64,000 nucleotides of DNA from Candidatus Omnitrophota bacterium. Lineage in GTDB: Bacteria > Omnitrophota > Gorgyraeia > Zapsychrales > Fredricksoniimonadaceae. The notes beneath the pieces are model-generated. The model did not search any database. It was not told where the DNA came from and saw nothing but the letters and a program-made list of their open reading frames with translations. Location of the stretch: positions 1,192-65,191 of the forward strand of contig CAIOPG010000002.1 of NCBI GenBank assembly GCA_903860135.1, given 5' to 3'. Of the stretch, positions 1 to 9,391 are shown piece by piece; position 1 is the first letter of the stretch, and every line of letters starts with the position of its first letter. The position numbers and the translations under genes were made by a program.

Positions 1-542
1 ATGATGATGATCACCGGAATACACAAGGAAAAGAAGAAGGCCGCCTTCGCGTTAAGGCTGTACATGAAAACGAGGATCAGGACCAGCGCCAACGCCCCGC
101 GCAAGGTGCTCGATAAAAACTGAGTGAAAAAATTATTGAGCGCCTCGGTATCATTGACAATGTTGGTGATGATGCTTCCCGAGGAATGCTGGTCAAAATA
201 TTTCAATGACAGCCCCTGGATGTGCCGGAAAAGGTCCATCCGTATGGCCCGGACAACAGCCTGCCCGGTCTTCTGCAGGGCAATATCCTGATAGTAGGAA
301 AAGGCAAATGAAAGGATCACCAGCCCAAGATACCCCGCCGCCATCCAAATGACCGCCTGGATATTGGGATGCGCGACAACAATAAAACGGTCAATGGCTT
401 CCTTGATAAGGTAAGGCTGGGCCAGTTCAATGGTTACAACAATGATCACAAACAATAATGACACCGCCACGCGCCACCGGTAAAGCCGAAGGTACGGTAA
501 GAAAATATGGAGCGAACTCTTGTGCCGGGGTTGTTGCCGCAT
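1..542 (-). CDS. ABC exporter permease/ATP-binding subunit, N-terminal part (runs off window)
   Basis: Manual translation from ATG 542: MRQQPRHKSSLHIFLPYLRLYRWRVAVSLLFVIIVVTIELAQPYLIKEAIDR...; typical ABC transmembrane type-1 start; likely heterodimer partner of 1854..3704. Confidence 0.85.
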   Translation of the reverse strand, partial: MRQQPRHKSSLHIFLPYLRLYRWRVAVSLLFVIIVVTIELAQPYLIKEAIDRFIVVAHPNIQAVIWMAAGYLGLVILSFAFSYYQDIALQKTGQAVVRAIRMDLFRHIQGLSLKYFDQHSSGSIITNIVNDTEALNNFFTQFLSSTLRGALALVLILVFMYSLNAKAAFFFSLCIPVIII

Positions 543-554
543 GCTGATACCTGA

Positions 555-1850
555 TCACTGCTCGACGGCAATGATCCCCTTCTCAATATAAATCGGCAGG
601 ACCTTGGCTCTCAGTCGCGCAAAACTCTGCCAGAAGATCAATGTTGTCACCAAAGCCAGGCTGCCGCCGATCAAAAACGTGAGTGGCAACCCCAGTGTGC
701 CCGAAGACGCCCCTGCGATCACGCTCCCGACGGGGCCCGCCCCGATCAAAACCGTGCCATACAGGCTCATGATCCTGCCCCTTTTATCTTCCTCAACGAT
801 CGCCTGAAGGATCGAATTCGTTGAAGCCACCTGCATCATGGTCACAAAGCCGACAAGGAAGGACACCCCGGCGGCCAGACGGACATCATGCACATAGCCA
901 AAAGCCATGATAAGAAACCCCAGCCCCGGCAGTGCCACCCCGATATGCCGCCAAAGCCCGCGGATACTCTGTCGCCCTGCCAGGTACAAAGCCGCGCCTA
1001 CAGCACCGATACCAGCGGCCCCAATGATAAGACCGAAAGCTTCCGGCCCGGTGTGGTATTGCTCTTTCACAAAGACCGGCATCAGCGTCTGAAACGCCCC
1101 CTGCAACAGGCTCATGATACCCAGCATCAACAGGAGCGCCCGGATCGGCGAAAACCTGGTGGCATAACGGAAGCCTTCCCCGAGTTCTCCAAGAAAACTG
1201 CCGTTCCCGCCGGGTTTGGCCTGCCCGCGAGGCAACTTGAGGGACAATAGGACCATAACGATCGGGATAAAACTGAAGGCATTCAAGGTAAAACACCAGC
1301 CTTCCCCCACGAGCGCGATCAGGATACCCGCCAGTGCCGGCCCCAATAGCTTTGAAATGTTCATCGCTGATGCATTGAGCGCAATGGCATTGCTCAGATC
1401 GTTCTTGTCATCGATCAATTCCTTGATGAACGCTTGACGGATCGGCAGTTCAAAGGCATTGACGATCCCCAGGAAGAGGCCGAGGCCCATCAGGGTCGCC
1501 GTGTTCACCTTTCCCGTCAGGACAACCGCCGCCAGAAGGCACGCCTGGATCATCAGGCATGCCTGCGCCCAGAAAAGCAACCAGCGCCGGTCATAACGAT
1601 CGGAAAGAACCCCGGCAAACGGCGACAGGACGATCGACGGAGCCTGCGAAGCAAAGGCCACGGCGCCCAGGAGCAATGGCGAATGGGTCAAACGATACAC
1701 CAGCCAACCCATGGCCACCGCCTGCATCCAGGTCCCGATCGACGAAAATCCCCAGGCAAAATAATACCGCCGGTAATTGACATTTTTGAGCGCCCGGAAC
1801 ATCAATTCACGATGCGCATTGGACTGGTTTAATATCTCGCGGATAGGCAT
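555..1850 (-). CDS. MFS transporter (DHA3/EntS-like)
   Basis: About 12 hydrophobic segments; motif A GVLSDRYDRR; GTWMQ N-terminal motif. Confidence 0.9.
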   Translation of the reverse strand: MPIREILNQSNAHRELMFRALKNVNYRRYYFAWGFSSIGTWMQAVAMGWLVYRLTHSPLLLGAVAFASQAPSIVLSPFAGVLSDRYDRRWLLFWAQACLMIQACLLAAVVLTGKVNTATLMGLGLFLGIVNAFELPIRQAFIKELIDDKNDLSNAIALNASAMNISKLLGPALAGILIALVGEGWCFTLNAFSFIPIVMVLLSLKLPRGQAKPGGNGSFLGELGEGFRYATRFSPIRALLLMLGIMSLLQGAFQTLMPVFVKEQYHTGPEAFGLIIGAAGIGAVGAALYLAGRQSIRGLWRHIGVALPGLGFLIMAFGYVHDVRLAAGVSFLVGFVTMMQVASTNSILQAIVEEDKRGRIMSLYGTVLIGAGPVGSVIAGASSGTLGLPLTFLIGGSLALVTTLIFWQSFARLRAKVLPIYIEKGIIAVEQ

Positions 1851-1853
1851 ACG

Positions 1854-3704
1854 CTATGGCTCTTCTTCCACGCCGGCTGACTGCGCGGCTTCAACTTCCT
1901 GCTCAACCATAAGAATATTCCCCTGCGTCCCGGTCATCGCCGAAGGCGACGGTGCTGGCACGGTGGTATCGCCGGATTGTTTCTGCCACAAACGGGCGTA
2001 AAGCCCCCGCGCCTCTACCAGCGCCTCATGTGTGCCGCGCTCCACAATACGCCCTTCTTCGAGCATCAGGATCTCATCCGCATGCCGGACAGCGCTTAAA
2101 CGATGCGCGATCACGATCGTTGTTTTGCGGTTGAGCCCTGTGGCCATGTCCTGCAAATTCTTCACAATGATGCGTTCGGTCTTTGTGTCCACCGCGCTCA
2201 AGCTGTCGTCGAGTATCTGCAACGGCGCATCCTTGTAGATCATCCGTGCGATGGCAACCCGCTGTTTCTGCCCGCCCGAAAGGCGCACCCCCTGTTCGCC
2301 GATCTCCGTACGGTAACCTTCAGGGAAATGCCGGATATTCTCATCCACGGATGCCACACGCGCCGCCAATTCTGCCCGACCAAGATCAGGCTGAACATCC
2401 GAAAAACCGATATTGTTCAAGACCGACGCTGAAAATAAGAAACCATCTTGCGGGACATAAGCGATCCCCTGACGCAGGCGCAATAAAGGATACCGCAGAA
2501 TATCCTCATCGTCGATAAACAGCATCCCCGGAGCTGGGTCATACAATCTCAGCAATAGATTAGCCAGCGTCGTCTTGCCACTGCCCATGGAGCCGATAAT
2601 GCCGAGCGTCCGGCCTTGCTGAAGATCAAACGAAATATCCGTCAGCACATCCCGATCAGTACCCGGATAACGGAACGTCAGGTTATCGGCCCTGATATGC
2701 CCCCGCACAGGACGATCGCATAAAACTCCCGCCCGGTCCTGTACCGCCGGAACGACGTTCAACAAGGCCGCAAGCCGGTCCAGTGATGCCGCGGCACGCT
2801 GGCCCATATTAAACACCTGCCCGAGATGTTCCAGGGGCATTTTCAACATCATCAGATACAACGTGAAGGCGATCAAATCGCCCAGTGAAATGGCCCCGGA
2901 GATCGTCAGTGATCCGCCATACCCCATGACAATAACAAACCCCAGCGATGCCATGAGCGGGATCAGGGCACTGAAAAGCGCTGACAAGCGCACAAACTTA
3001 ATCTTCTCGTCAACAATCACGTCGACTTTCCGTGCGAACTGATCCAGGGATACAGCTTCATTGCCAAAAGCCTTGACCGCCCGGATCCCGCCGATAACTT
3101 CCTCGACCGTCTGGGCCATCCGGCCAAGGGCCTCCTGGGAACGCGTCGACTGGTGCTTGATCCGGGGCCCCATGATACGGACGATCACCGGGATCATGAT
3201 CAGCGGGCCCAATCCGGCCACAGTCAGGCGCCAATCCATATGCACCGCCATCATGAAAGCTGCCGCCCCCAGCAGTGACACCCCCGCGATCGACACATTC
3301 AACCCCATGGTCATCAGTTCGCGGACCGCTTCGACGTCGCTCAAAGCATGCGACAGAAGATCGCCAATGCTGTGCCGGTGATAATAGCCGGGGGGCATTG
3401 CCTCCCATTTCACAAAAAGATCACGCCGGAGTTTATAAGCCAACAGGCGCCCATGAGAATGGATCAACGTGCGGCCCAGCCAGCCCGCCACCACACGGAT
3501 CAACCCGATCCCGATGATCCACCCCGCACCTACCGCCACATCCCCGGCACCGATAGCACCGCGCTGTAACCTATCGGTCATCAGCCCGATCAAACGGGGG
3601 ATCCACACATTCAGGAGGCTGGACCCGATCAAAAGCGCTGCCCCCATGCTGTAGATCACAGCATATCCTTTGACATGCGCCCCGATGATACGCCAACCCG
3701 ACAT
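1854..3704 (-). CDS. ABC exporter, fused permease + ATPase (MdlA/YheI-like)
   Basis: TM domain, Walker A GSMGSGKT, signature LSGGQKQR, Walker B ILDDSLSAVD, H-loop IAHR. Confidence 0.92.
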   Translation of the reverse strand: MSGWRIIGAHVKGYAVIYSMGAALLIGSSLLNVWIPRLIGLMTDRLQRGAIGAGDVAVGAGWIIGIGLIRVVAGWLGRTLIHSHGRLLAYKLRRDLFVKWEAMPPGYYHRHSIGDLLSHALSDVEAVRELMTMGLNVSIAGVSLLGAAAFMMAVHMDWRLTVAGLGPLIMIPVIVRIMGPRIKHQSTRSQEALGRMAQTVEEVIGGIRAVKAFGNEAVSLDQFARKVDVIVDEKIKFVRLSALFSALIPLMASLGFVIVMGYGGSLTISGAISLGDLIAFTLYLMMLKMPLEHLGQVFNMGQRAAASLDRLAALLNVVPAVQDRAGVLCDRPVRGHIRADNLTFRYPGTDRDVLTDISFDLQQGRTLGIIGSMGSGKTTLANLLLRLYDPAPGMLFIDDEDILRYPLLRLRQGIAYVPQDGFLFSASVLNNIGFSDVQPDLGRAELAARVASVDENIRHFPEGYRTEIGEQGVRLSGGQKQRVAIARMIYKDAPLQILDDSLSAVDTKTERIIVKNLQDMATGLNRKTTIVIAHRLSAVRHADEILMLEEGRIVERGTHEALVEARGLYARLWQKQSGDTTVPAPSPSAMTGTQGNILMVEQEVEAAQSAGVEEEP

Positions 3705-3718
3705 ACGCTCGACCTTTC

Positions 3719-3742
3719 GGGAGGGTCACAGCCCTCCCCTGC
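3719..3742 (-). repeat. REP-like palindrome (GTAG-family-like)
   Basis: Minus strand GCAGGGGAGGGCTGTGACCCTCCC; similar to the copy at 20383..20407, with a compensatory stem change. Confidence 0.5.
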
Positions 3743-3748
3743 ACACCA

Positions 3749-5029
3749 TTATACTTCCACCTCATGATTAAACAAACGCGCGAGATCTGTATCCGGATGA
3801 ATGCCGCAACGCTTGAAGTCATTGCAGTCAACCCCCAGGTGATACTGCCGGCGAATATCGTGCAACCCCTTTGTCAACCGGATAACATACTCCAGCGACG
3901 GGTGTTTCTGCTTCTGGGCATAGAACAATGATCCCTGCGCCAGGCGCAGGATGTTAGCCGACGTCGTCACGCCATGCCGGGCAAAGAATGCAGCACCTTC
4001 AAAGTTCGACCTCAACGCCGCTTCTTCATCTTTAAATCCGTGTGGCTGTGACAATTCCGCCCCGCACACAAACTGCGAACACACATTGCCTCGCCCGAAC
4101 ACCTCCACTCCCGCGATCGCATTGTTGACCCAATAATCCCAGCCAAAGAATTTCGCTTTCCCGGGGCAAATGATATTGAACAACTGCTTGTCCCAGACTT
4201 CCAGGTGCGGCTCTATGGCCGTCACCCCGGCGTCACGGTAACGCAGGAGCTGGTCTTGAGGCACCGCGCTTGAAATGAGGCGCAGCGGGAACGGACGCTT
4301 CCCGAATACCCGCTGGAGCGTCCGGGACACCTTGATGATCTCCTCGACCTCGCGATCATACGGGCGCTCACCCTGAGGATCCGAACCCACAATGAAGGCA
4401 AAGCTTGTCCAGCGGCCTTGTTCCTTGAGGGCCTCGTTCACCGTCTCATAAATATCCTGCAATGACGCTTCGGTATGCGTCTCGTTCTTGGTGGTGAAAT
4501 TCTGCACAGAGCCGCAATACTGGCAAGCCAGTTTGTGTTTCCAGAAATAGCAATAATTATACACGTTAATGCCTAAAACATTACTGCTCCCGCGCACCAC
4601 CTTGTTCATCGGAATGCCCCGGCTTGTTGTTTTGCCATAAAACTGCGGCACCGGCGTGAAAAAAACAGGTTCAACCTTCTTTTCACCATCCAAAAGCCAG
4701 GCTTTGCCGTCGACAATATCCAGGGTGTACGGATTACCGATGCGCTGAAGATGGTATTTCTTGACGGAGATAGAATCTTCCAGCCCGCGGACGATCGACC
4801 CGTCGCGAAACTGCGCCCCTCCAAAAACAAGCTCACCTTCACCTTTGTCATCTTCTTTTGCTTCCGGTGCCCTGAAAATAGCCCCGTCTTGCTCGGCCTG
4901 TGCCACCGCCGCCGCCGTAACCTGCACCCCGCGGTACGCCGTGTCGAGCTTGATGATCGTGATCCGGGGATAATCAGGATACTTTACTATAAGTTCCTTA
5001 ACACTCAAATCATTTCCTGCCTGACCCAT
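3749..5029 (-). CDS. Radical SAM protein with non-canonical CX8CX2C motif
   Basis: NYCYFWKHKLACQYC; HLEVWD...ICPGK; AVEVFGRGNV-like block; spacing resembles MSMEG_0568/biotin-synthase-related families. Confidence 0.8.
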   Translation of the reverse strand: MGQAGNDLSVKELIVKYPDYPRITIIKLDTAYRGVQVTAAAVAQAEQDGAIFRAPEAKEDDKGEGELVFGGAQFRDGSIVRGLEDSISVKKYHLQRIGNPYTLDIVDGKAWLLDGEKKVEPVFFTPVPQFYGKTTSRGIPMNKVVRGSSNVLGINVYNYCYFWKHKLACQYCGSVQNFTTKNETHTEASLQDIYETVNEALKEQGRWTSFAFIVGSDPQGERPYDREVEEIIKVSRTLQRVFGKRPFPLRLISSAVPQDQLLRYRDAGVTAIEPHLEVWDKQLFNIICPGKAKFFGWDYWVNNAIAGVEVFGRGNVCSQFVCGAELSQPHGFKDEEAALRSNFEGAAFFARHGVTTSANILRLAQGSLFYAQKQKHPSLEYVIRLTKGLHDIRRQYHLGVDCNDFKRCGIHPDTDLARLFNHEVEV

Positions 5030-5059
5030 ATAACCTCCCTTTTTCTCAAGTAAAAACTA

Positions 5060-5533
5060 TTAAGCCGCAACCAGTTCTCTGTCCAGGTGACGGAAGAACG
5101 GATGCTTCGTATCTTCCTCAGCCCTTCGCACCGACGGAGTTTCATCCTTGACCGACTCCGGACGAATATACCACAGGCCCGAAAGCTCGGAATCAGGGCC
5201 TTTCCTGGCACGCAATTTCCGGTAATACTCCCGGAACAGATTGCTCACAAAGTCATACCGCTCCACCTTGCCCTTGATCTGATATGACGTGCCATCCCTA
5301 CCTTTAACAGTGATCGCCACATGCTTGTCAAACCACAGGGAATGGATCAGGTTTGAATTGGTGTGCGACGACTCAATGACCTCGGCGTAAACGATCGTGC
5401 CGTCATCGAGAAGATCGATCTTGTGGTTCTTGAACACCACATGCGGATGCCCCTTATCGTCGACCGTCGCCAACACCTTGAATACATCCGGATCTTTTAA
5501 CAATGCTTTTACCTCAGGTGATAAGACACTCAT
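5060..5533 (-). CDS. Pyridoxamine 5'-phosphate oxidase-like FMN-binding split-barrel protein
   Basis: KVLATVDDKGHPH motif, SYQIKG strand, 157 aa. Confidence 0.75.
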   Translation of the reverse strand: MSVLSPEVKALLKDPDVFKVLATVDDKGHPHVVFKNHKIDLLDDGTIVYAEVIESSHTNSNLIHSLWFDKHVAITVKGRDGTSYQIKGKVERYDFVSNLFREYYRKLRARKGPDSELSGLWYIRPESVKDETPSVRRAEEDTKHPFFRHLDRELVAA

Positions 5534-5557
5534 ACAACCTCTTTTCCTTTATTGCGT

Positions 5558-6634
5558 TCATTTAACATTAATATTCCCGTCAACATCATGCGGCGGCCAG
5601 AAGTCTTCAAGCCCCTGCGCCTTGAGCGCCGCGTTCAGGTAACTCCGGTCGACCCACTCATCCACGTCGAATTCCTTGCGGATAAACCCTCTTTCCTTGG
5701 CGAAGGCCACCGCATTTTTGTAGTGCTGGACCGCGAACGGATCCAGCAGAGGATCGATAATCTCCTTAACCTCACGGCCCTCAAGGTCTTCCTTGTAAAA
5801 TGCCAGCGGTGTGCCCGTCATGGCCATGAGCCTCAGCACCTCTTGTCGATTCTCAGGCAAAGATGCCCAGTACGCTGTCTGCACATACACATTCATGATC
5901 CGCTGAATGATCTCCGGGTGTTCTTTGGAAAAACGGTCCAGGACAACCACCTGGCCAAACGCCTTCCAATCGTCGGGCACGCCTTTATCACCGGTACTCC
6001 AGATGAGCCTCGCAAGCCCCTGATTGCGCAGCTTGAGCAAGTTGGTACTGCCGAATAAAGCATCGATCTCTCCTCCCGATAACGCATTATCACCGTCCTG
6101 GCCGGAAAGATTGATCAGCCTGAAATCTTTCTCCTGCAACCCCTGTGATTTGATCAGATTATTAAAAACAAGCTGTGAGGTTGTCCCTTTGGAAATCCCG
6201 ATCTTTTTCCCGCGAAGGTCGGCAATGCTTTTAGCATTCGAATCTTTGGGAACAGCAATATACGCCGACGTCCTTTTGTAACTTGTCGAGATCAAATGGT
6301 GCCGTACCCCGCCAGCCCGTGAAATGATCGCCGGAAAATCCCCATAAGCCCCTATATCCAGCAGGCCATTGGCAAAGGCCTCATTGATCGCCGGGCCAGC
6401 CCCCTTGAACACCGTCCAGTTGATCTTGATCCCGTCAGGCTCGAATTCCTTTTCCAAAGCCCCTTTGGCCAGAACAAGCCCGACCAGATAAATAGAGAAC
6501 GGCTTGCCGTAACCACCGCCCGAGCAACCGAAGCGGATCTCTTTAAGCTTCTGGGGTTCTGCCGATGCCGTTGTGGCCCCGACGGCACTCACAATAAATA
6601 CTCCTGCCAACACCATGCTCCATAACCTTTTCAT
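5558..6634 (-). CDS. SsuA/TauA-like sulfonate-family ABC substrate-binding protein
   Basis: Signal peptide; GAGPAINEAFANGLLD, SIADLRGKKIG motifs. Confidence 0.85.
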   Translation of the reverse strand: MKRLWSMVLAGVFIVSAVGATTASAEPQKLKEIRFGCSGGGYGKPFSIYLVGLVLAKGALEKEFEPDGIKINWTVFKGAGPAINEAFANGLLDIGAYGDFPAIISRAGGVRHHLISTSYKRTSAYIAVPKDSNAKSIADLRGKKIGISKGTTSQLVFNNLIKSQGLQEKDFRLINLSGQDGDNALSGGEIDALFGSTNLLKLRNQGLARLIWSTGDKGVPDDWKAFGQVVVLDRFSKEHPEIIQRIMNVYVQTAYWASLPENRQEVLRLMAMTGTPLAFYKEDLEGREVKEIIDPLLDPFAVQHYKNAVAFAKERGFIRKEFDVDEWVDRSYLNAALKAQGLEDFWPPHDVDGNINVK

Positions 6635-6659
6635 ATATACATCTCCTTGTTATTACTGA

Positions 6660-8066
6660 TTAAAAACCATACTGAAACTGCACTAAATATTCGTCATACG
6701 CCGCCCCTGCTACCACGCCCTTGTTCTGATTCGTCACATGATTCACATTCAGCTGAAGCTTGGTGGTTTCGGCGAAAAATATATTCAGCCCCAGCGTCCG
6801 GGTGCCGATCTGGTCATGGCTGACCGTTTTGTTCGGATCCCACTTCTCATAACGGATGAACGGCTGATAGGTCTTCGGATACCAGTCATCAAAGCGTTCC
6901 TGATCCTTGTTCTTCAGGAACTGCTGGCCGAAGTTATAATATCCCGTGAAAATATACCCGTCACTGCGCGTCTGGCGTTCCACGGCGTTGGCTGGCGTCG
7001 TCCCTGTCAAGGTGGGATCAATGCCCTGGGCATATTCAGCGGTAAGGCCGACGGGCATGCGGTTGTACGCCACATCATACCCCCACCTGTTCCTGTTCAA
7101 CCGGCGCGTAAGATTGGTGCTTGTCGATGATGTCACCGACTTCGGTCCGCTCCAACCGGAAACGCCTGCCGACAAACCTCTAAAAATGGAATTGTAATCC
7201 ACCGGCGCGTTCAACCCCACACGCCCGACAAGATCCTTGGACGCATTGTCATCCACCCCGTTACCGCTGGCCACACCCTTGCCGTTAACAACACCAAAAG
7301 CATATTCAACGAGTGGCGCGCGGTAATTGAACGCATAATCTGTCGTCGGCAAAAGATCACCGCGAAAAATGATACCGACGTCACGCGTCCCCAAAGCCAG
7401 GTTCGTATCCGTGAGGGCTGTGTTGATCGTTGGCTTGTATTCATCGCCCGTCTGCGGGTCACGCCCGAAAGGCTTTTTCTGCTGCCCCACCGCCACCGCT
7501 AATAATGGTGTCGATATATCCTTGGTCGCCAGAAAATTATACGTCAGGTAACCGTCGGTCAATAATGGCGCCGCACCATTGGCACTGCTCAACCCGAAAG
7601 CATAATCCAGGTTCTTGCCTTCCTGGTTATCTTTATACAGATTGCCTTTAAACGTCAACCCCACCGATGGCACGCTGAAGCCGTTGCTCGTCGTAGCCGT
7701 TGCGCTGCGCGATACAGTGGCGCGCGTTGTTACGGTGCCACCGAGCGTGAGCGAACGTTTGGTCTGGGCGGTCTTCTTGTCCAAGGTCCTCTGCCACTGA
7801 TCGCGCAGGGTGTCAAGGTCGTTCCTGACACCATCAAGGTCGTTCTGTGTGGCCACCTCCGCCGCAGGTTCCTGTGCCGTAACAGAAAATTTACCCTGCG
7901 CGGTCTTCACCGTCTTTAATTCATCCTTCAAGAACTTAACCTCATCGCGCAATGCCTGCAGTTCTCCTTTTAGATCTGCCAGGTCATCGGCAAATGCCGG
8001 ATCAAATGAATTGGCCAGAAAAATAACGGCCAATAATGCCACGGCGATACGTTTCAACTTCTTCAT
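6660..8066 (-). CDS. Outer-membrane porin (OprO/P-like) with N-terminal coiled coil
   Basis: Signal peptide, coiled coil, GQQKKPFG motif, C-terminal QYGF beta-signal. Confidence 0.75.
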   Translation of the reverse strand: MKKLKRIAVALLAVIFLANSFDPAFADDLADLKGELQALRDEVKFLKDELKTVKTAQGKFSVTAQEPAAEVATQNDLDGVRNDLDTLRDQWQRTLDKKTAQTKRSLTLGGTVTTRATVSRSATATTSNGFSVPSVGLTFKGNLYKDNQEGKNLDYAFGLSSANGAAPLLTDGYLTYNFLATKDISTPLLAVAVGQQKKPFGRDPQTGDEYKPTINTALTDTNLALGTRDVGIIFRGDLLPTTDYAFNYRAPLVEYAFGVVNGKGVASGNGVDDNASKDLVGRVGLNAPVDYNSIFRGLSAGVSGWSGPKSVTSSTSTNLTRRLNRNRWGYDVAYNRMPVGLTAEYAQGIDPTLTGTTPANAVERQTRSDGYIFTGYYNFGQQFLKNKDQERFDDWYPKTYQPFIRYEKWDPNKTVSHDQIGTRTLGLNIFFAETTKLQLNVNHVTNQNKGVVAGAAYDEYLVQFQYGF

Positions 8067-8177
8067 AAGAATCCCTCCCTTATCCTCTATTAATTTGCGT
8101 CTTCTCTATCTATGTCCTGAACTGTTCCCGCCCAACCTTCACGGCAGCGCTGCTTTGTGCTGTGACGCCCAGTTCTT

Positions 8178-8246
8178 AAAAAAAGAAAAAGGCTAAAAAA
8201 ACATCCGGGTCGTCCCGAATATATCTTTAGCCTTCCAGTTGACTGG
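8178..8246 (-). terminator. Intrinsic terminator-like hairpin between tautomerase and porin, preceded by a small CCAG-N4-CTGG hairpin
   Basis: aaggctaaa 8189-8197 pairs with tttagcctt 8226-8234, inner cggg/cccg stem, followed by a long U tract on the minus strand. Confidence 0.6.
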
Positions 8247-8274
8247 TAAAACTAACGCAACTATTTTTGCTACA

Positions 8275-8454
8275 TCATCCCAGGAGGTTGTCCCCCTTGG
8301 CCCAATTTTCCGCGCTATACTCCTCGATCACCAACTGCGTCTTATCCTTGGCCTTGCCCACCACCTTTAACAAGGTATCCGAGAATTCCCTGGCAATGAT
8401 TTGCTTCTGTTCGCGGGTCAATTTCCCAACAAGCTTCAAGTTAATGAACGGCAT
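8275..8454 (-). CDS. 4-oxalocrotonate tautomerase family protein (59 aa; absent from ORF track)
   Basis: Manual translation MPFINLKLVGKLTREQKQIIAREFSDTLLKVVGKAKDKTQLVIEEYSAENWAKGDNLLG; catalytic Pro1, ENW.G motif; RBS AGGAAAGGA. Confidence 0.85.
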   Translation of the reverse strand: MPFINLKLVGKLTREQKQIIAREFSDTLLKVVGKAKDKTQLVIEEYSAENWAKGDNLLG

Positions 8455-8468
8455 AGTTTTCCTTTCCT

Positions 8469-8517
8469 AAAATAAAAAACCCACTCTATCAGCTCAACCA
8501 GCGATAAGTAGTGGGTT
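8469..8517 (-). terminator. Leader hairpin with U tract (attenuator-like) upstream of the tautomerase
   Basis: aacccact 8478-8485 pairs with agtgggtt 8510-8517, inner stem, followed by U-rich run; lies downstream of the predicted promoter. Confidence 0.5.
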
Positions 8518-8540
8518 GTCCCGTCTACGCATCAAATCCA

Positions 8541-8599
8541 ATATCACGACCATCTCTACTGAGATGGTAGAAATATACCACACGCAACAAAGTTGTCAA
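8541..8599 (-). promoter_or_regulatory. sigma70 promoter plus Rrf2-like operator
   Basis: TTGACA (8599-8594), 16 nt, TATATT (8577-8572) with extended TG, followed by an imperfect palindrome; same architecture at 18363..18421. Confidence 0.6.
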
Positions 8600-8818
8600 G
8601 AATATTTTTTACACCCGACGACGCTGAAACTATTTATTAATGAAAACATCCTCTGCTCACCCTTTCACCGGAAAAATCTTCAGGTATTCTCCGGCAGGAG
8701 TAACGGATAATATACGCGGGGCTTTTCGACATGTTTAGCGCAAATACTGCGTTCCCTTGATCATTATTGCGGAAATTCCGAATTTATGATATTCTTCATG
8801 GAAGAAAAGGAGATCGTT

Positions 8819-9061
8819 ATGACGATTACATTGACAGGAAAAAATCAGATCACTATCCCTGGAAAATTTGTAAAACACCTCGGACTATCGAGAGGATCAC
8901 TGTTTGACATCCGGCTCAACGGCAACCGGCTGGAACTTGTCCCCATGGAAACCATCGAAAAGACATTCACCGATGAAGAATACCTGAAACTTGAAAACAT
9001 TTTTCAGAAAGAAAAAAATACCGCCAAAAAGATAACATGCGAAAATATCGAAAGGCTCTAA
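8819..9061 (+). CDS. AbrB/MazE/SpoVT-family antitoxin
   Basis: MTITLTGKNQITIP...LGLSRG motif; RBS AAGGAG; palindrome cggaaattccg at 8770-8780 in promoter. Confidence 0.8.
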   Translation: MTITLTGKNQITIPGKFVKHLGLSRGSLFDIRLNGNRLELVPMETIEKTFTDEEYLKLENIFQKEKNTAKKITCENIERL

Positions 9062-9064
9062 CCC

Positions 9065-9367
9065 ATGCCTTACGAACTTCTTTTGTTATCATCTTTCGAA
9101 CGTGCTATCAAACGGCTTGATCCTAATGAAAAAGCAACGATCAAATTGGCCTTACAAGCACTTTTGATCTATTTCTCGTCCAATAACAATCTTGAAGAAG
9201 CCCAAAGAATAGCACCCAGGTTTTTCTTTAAACAACTGCGCAAGCCATTCTATGAAACTGGTATCGAAGGCAGACTCCGCATTGTGCTCCGTAAAGACGA
9301 CCTGTCATTCTTTGCGATCCTCGCCGGCAATCACGATGATGTCCAACGACTCCTGATGCGAAGCTAA
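9065..9367 (+). CDS. RelE/ParE-like toxin
   Basis: SSFERAIKRL start, RLRIV, C-terminal AGNHDDV; directly follows the AbrB gene. Confidence 0.65.
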   Translation: MPYELLLLSSFERAIKRLDPNEKATIKLALQALLIYFSSNNNLEEAQRIAPRFFFKQLRKPFYETGIEGRLRIVLRKDDLSFFAILAGNHDDVQRLLMRS

Positions 9368-9391
9368 AAACACCCTGTCAACAACGACCTT

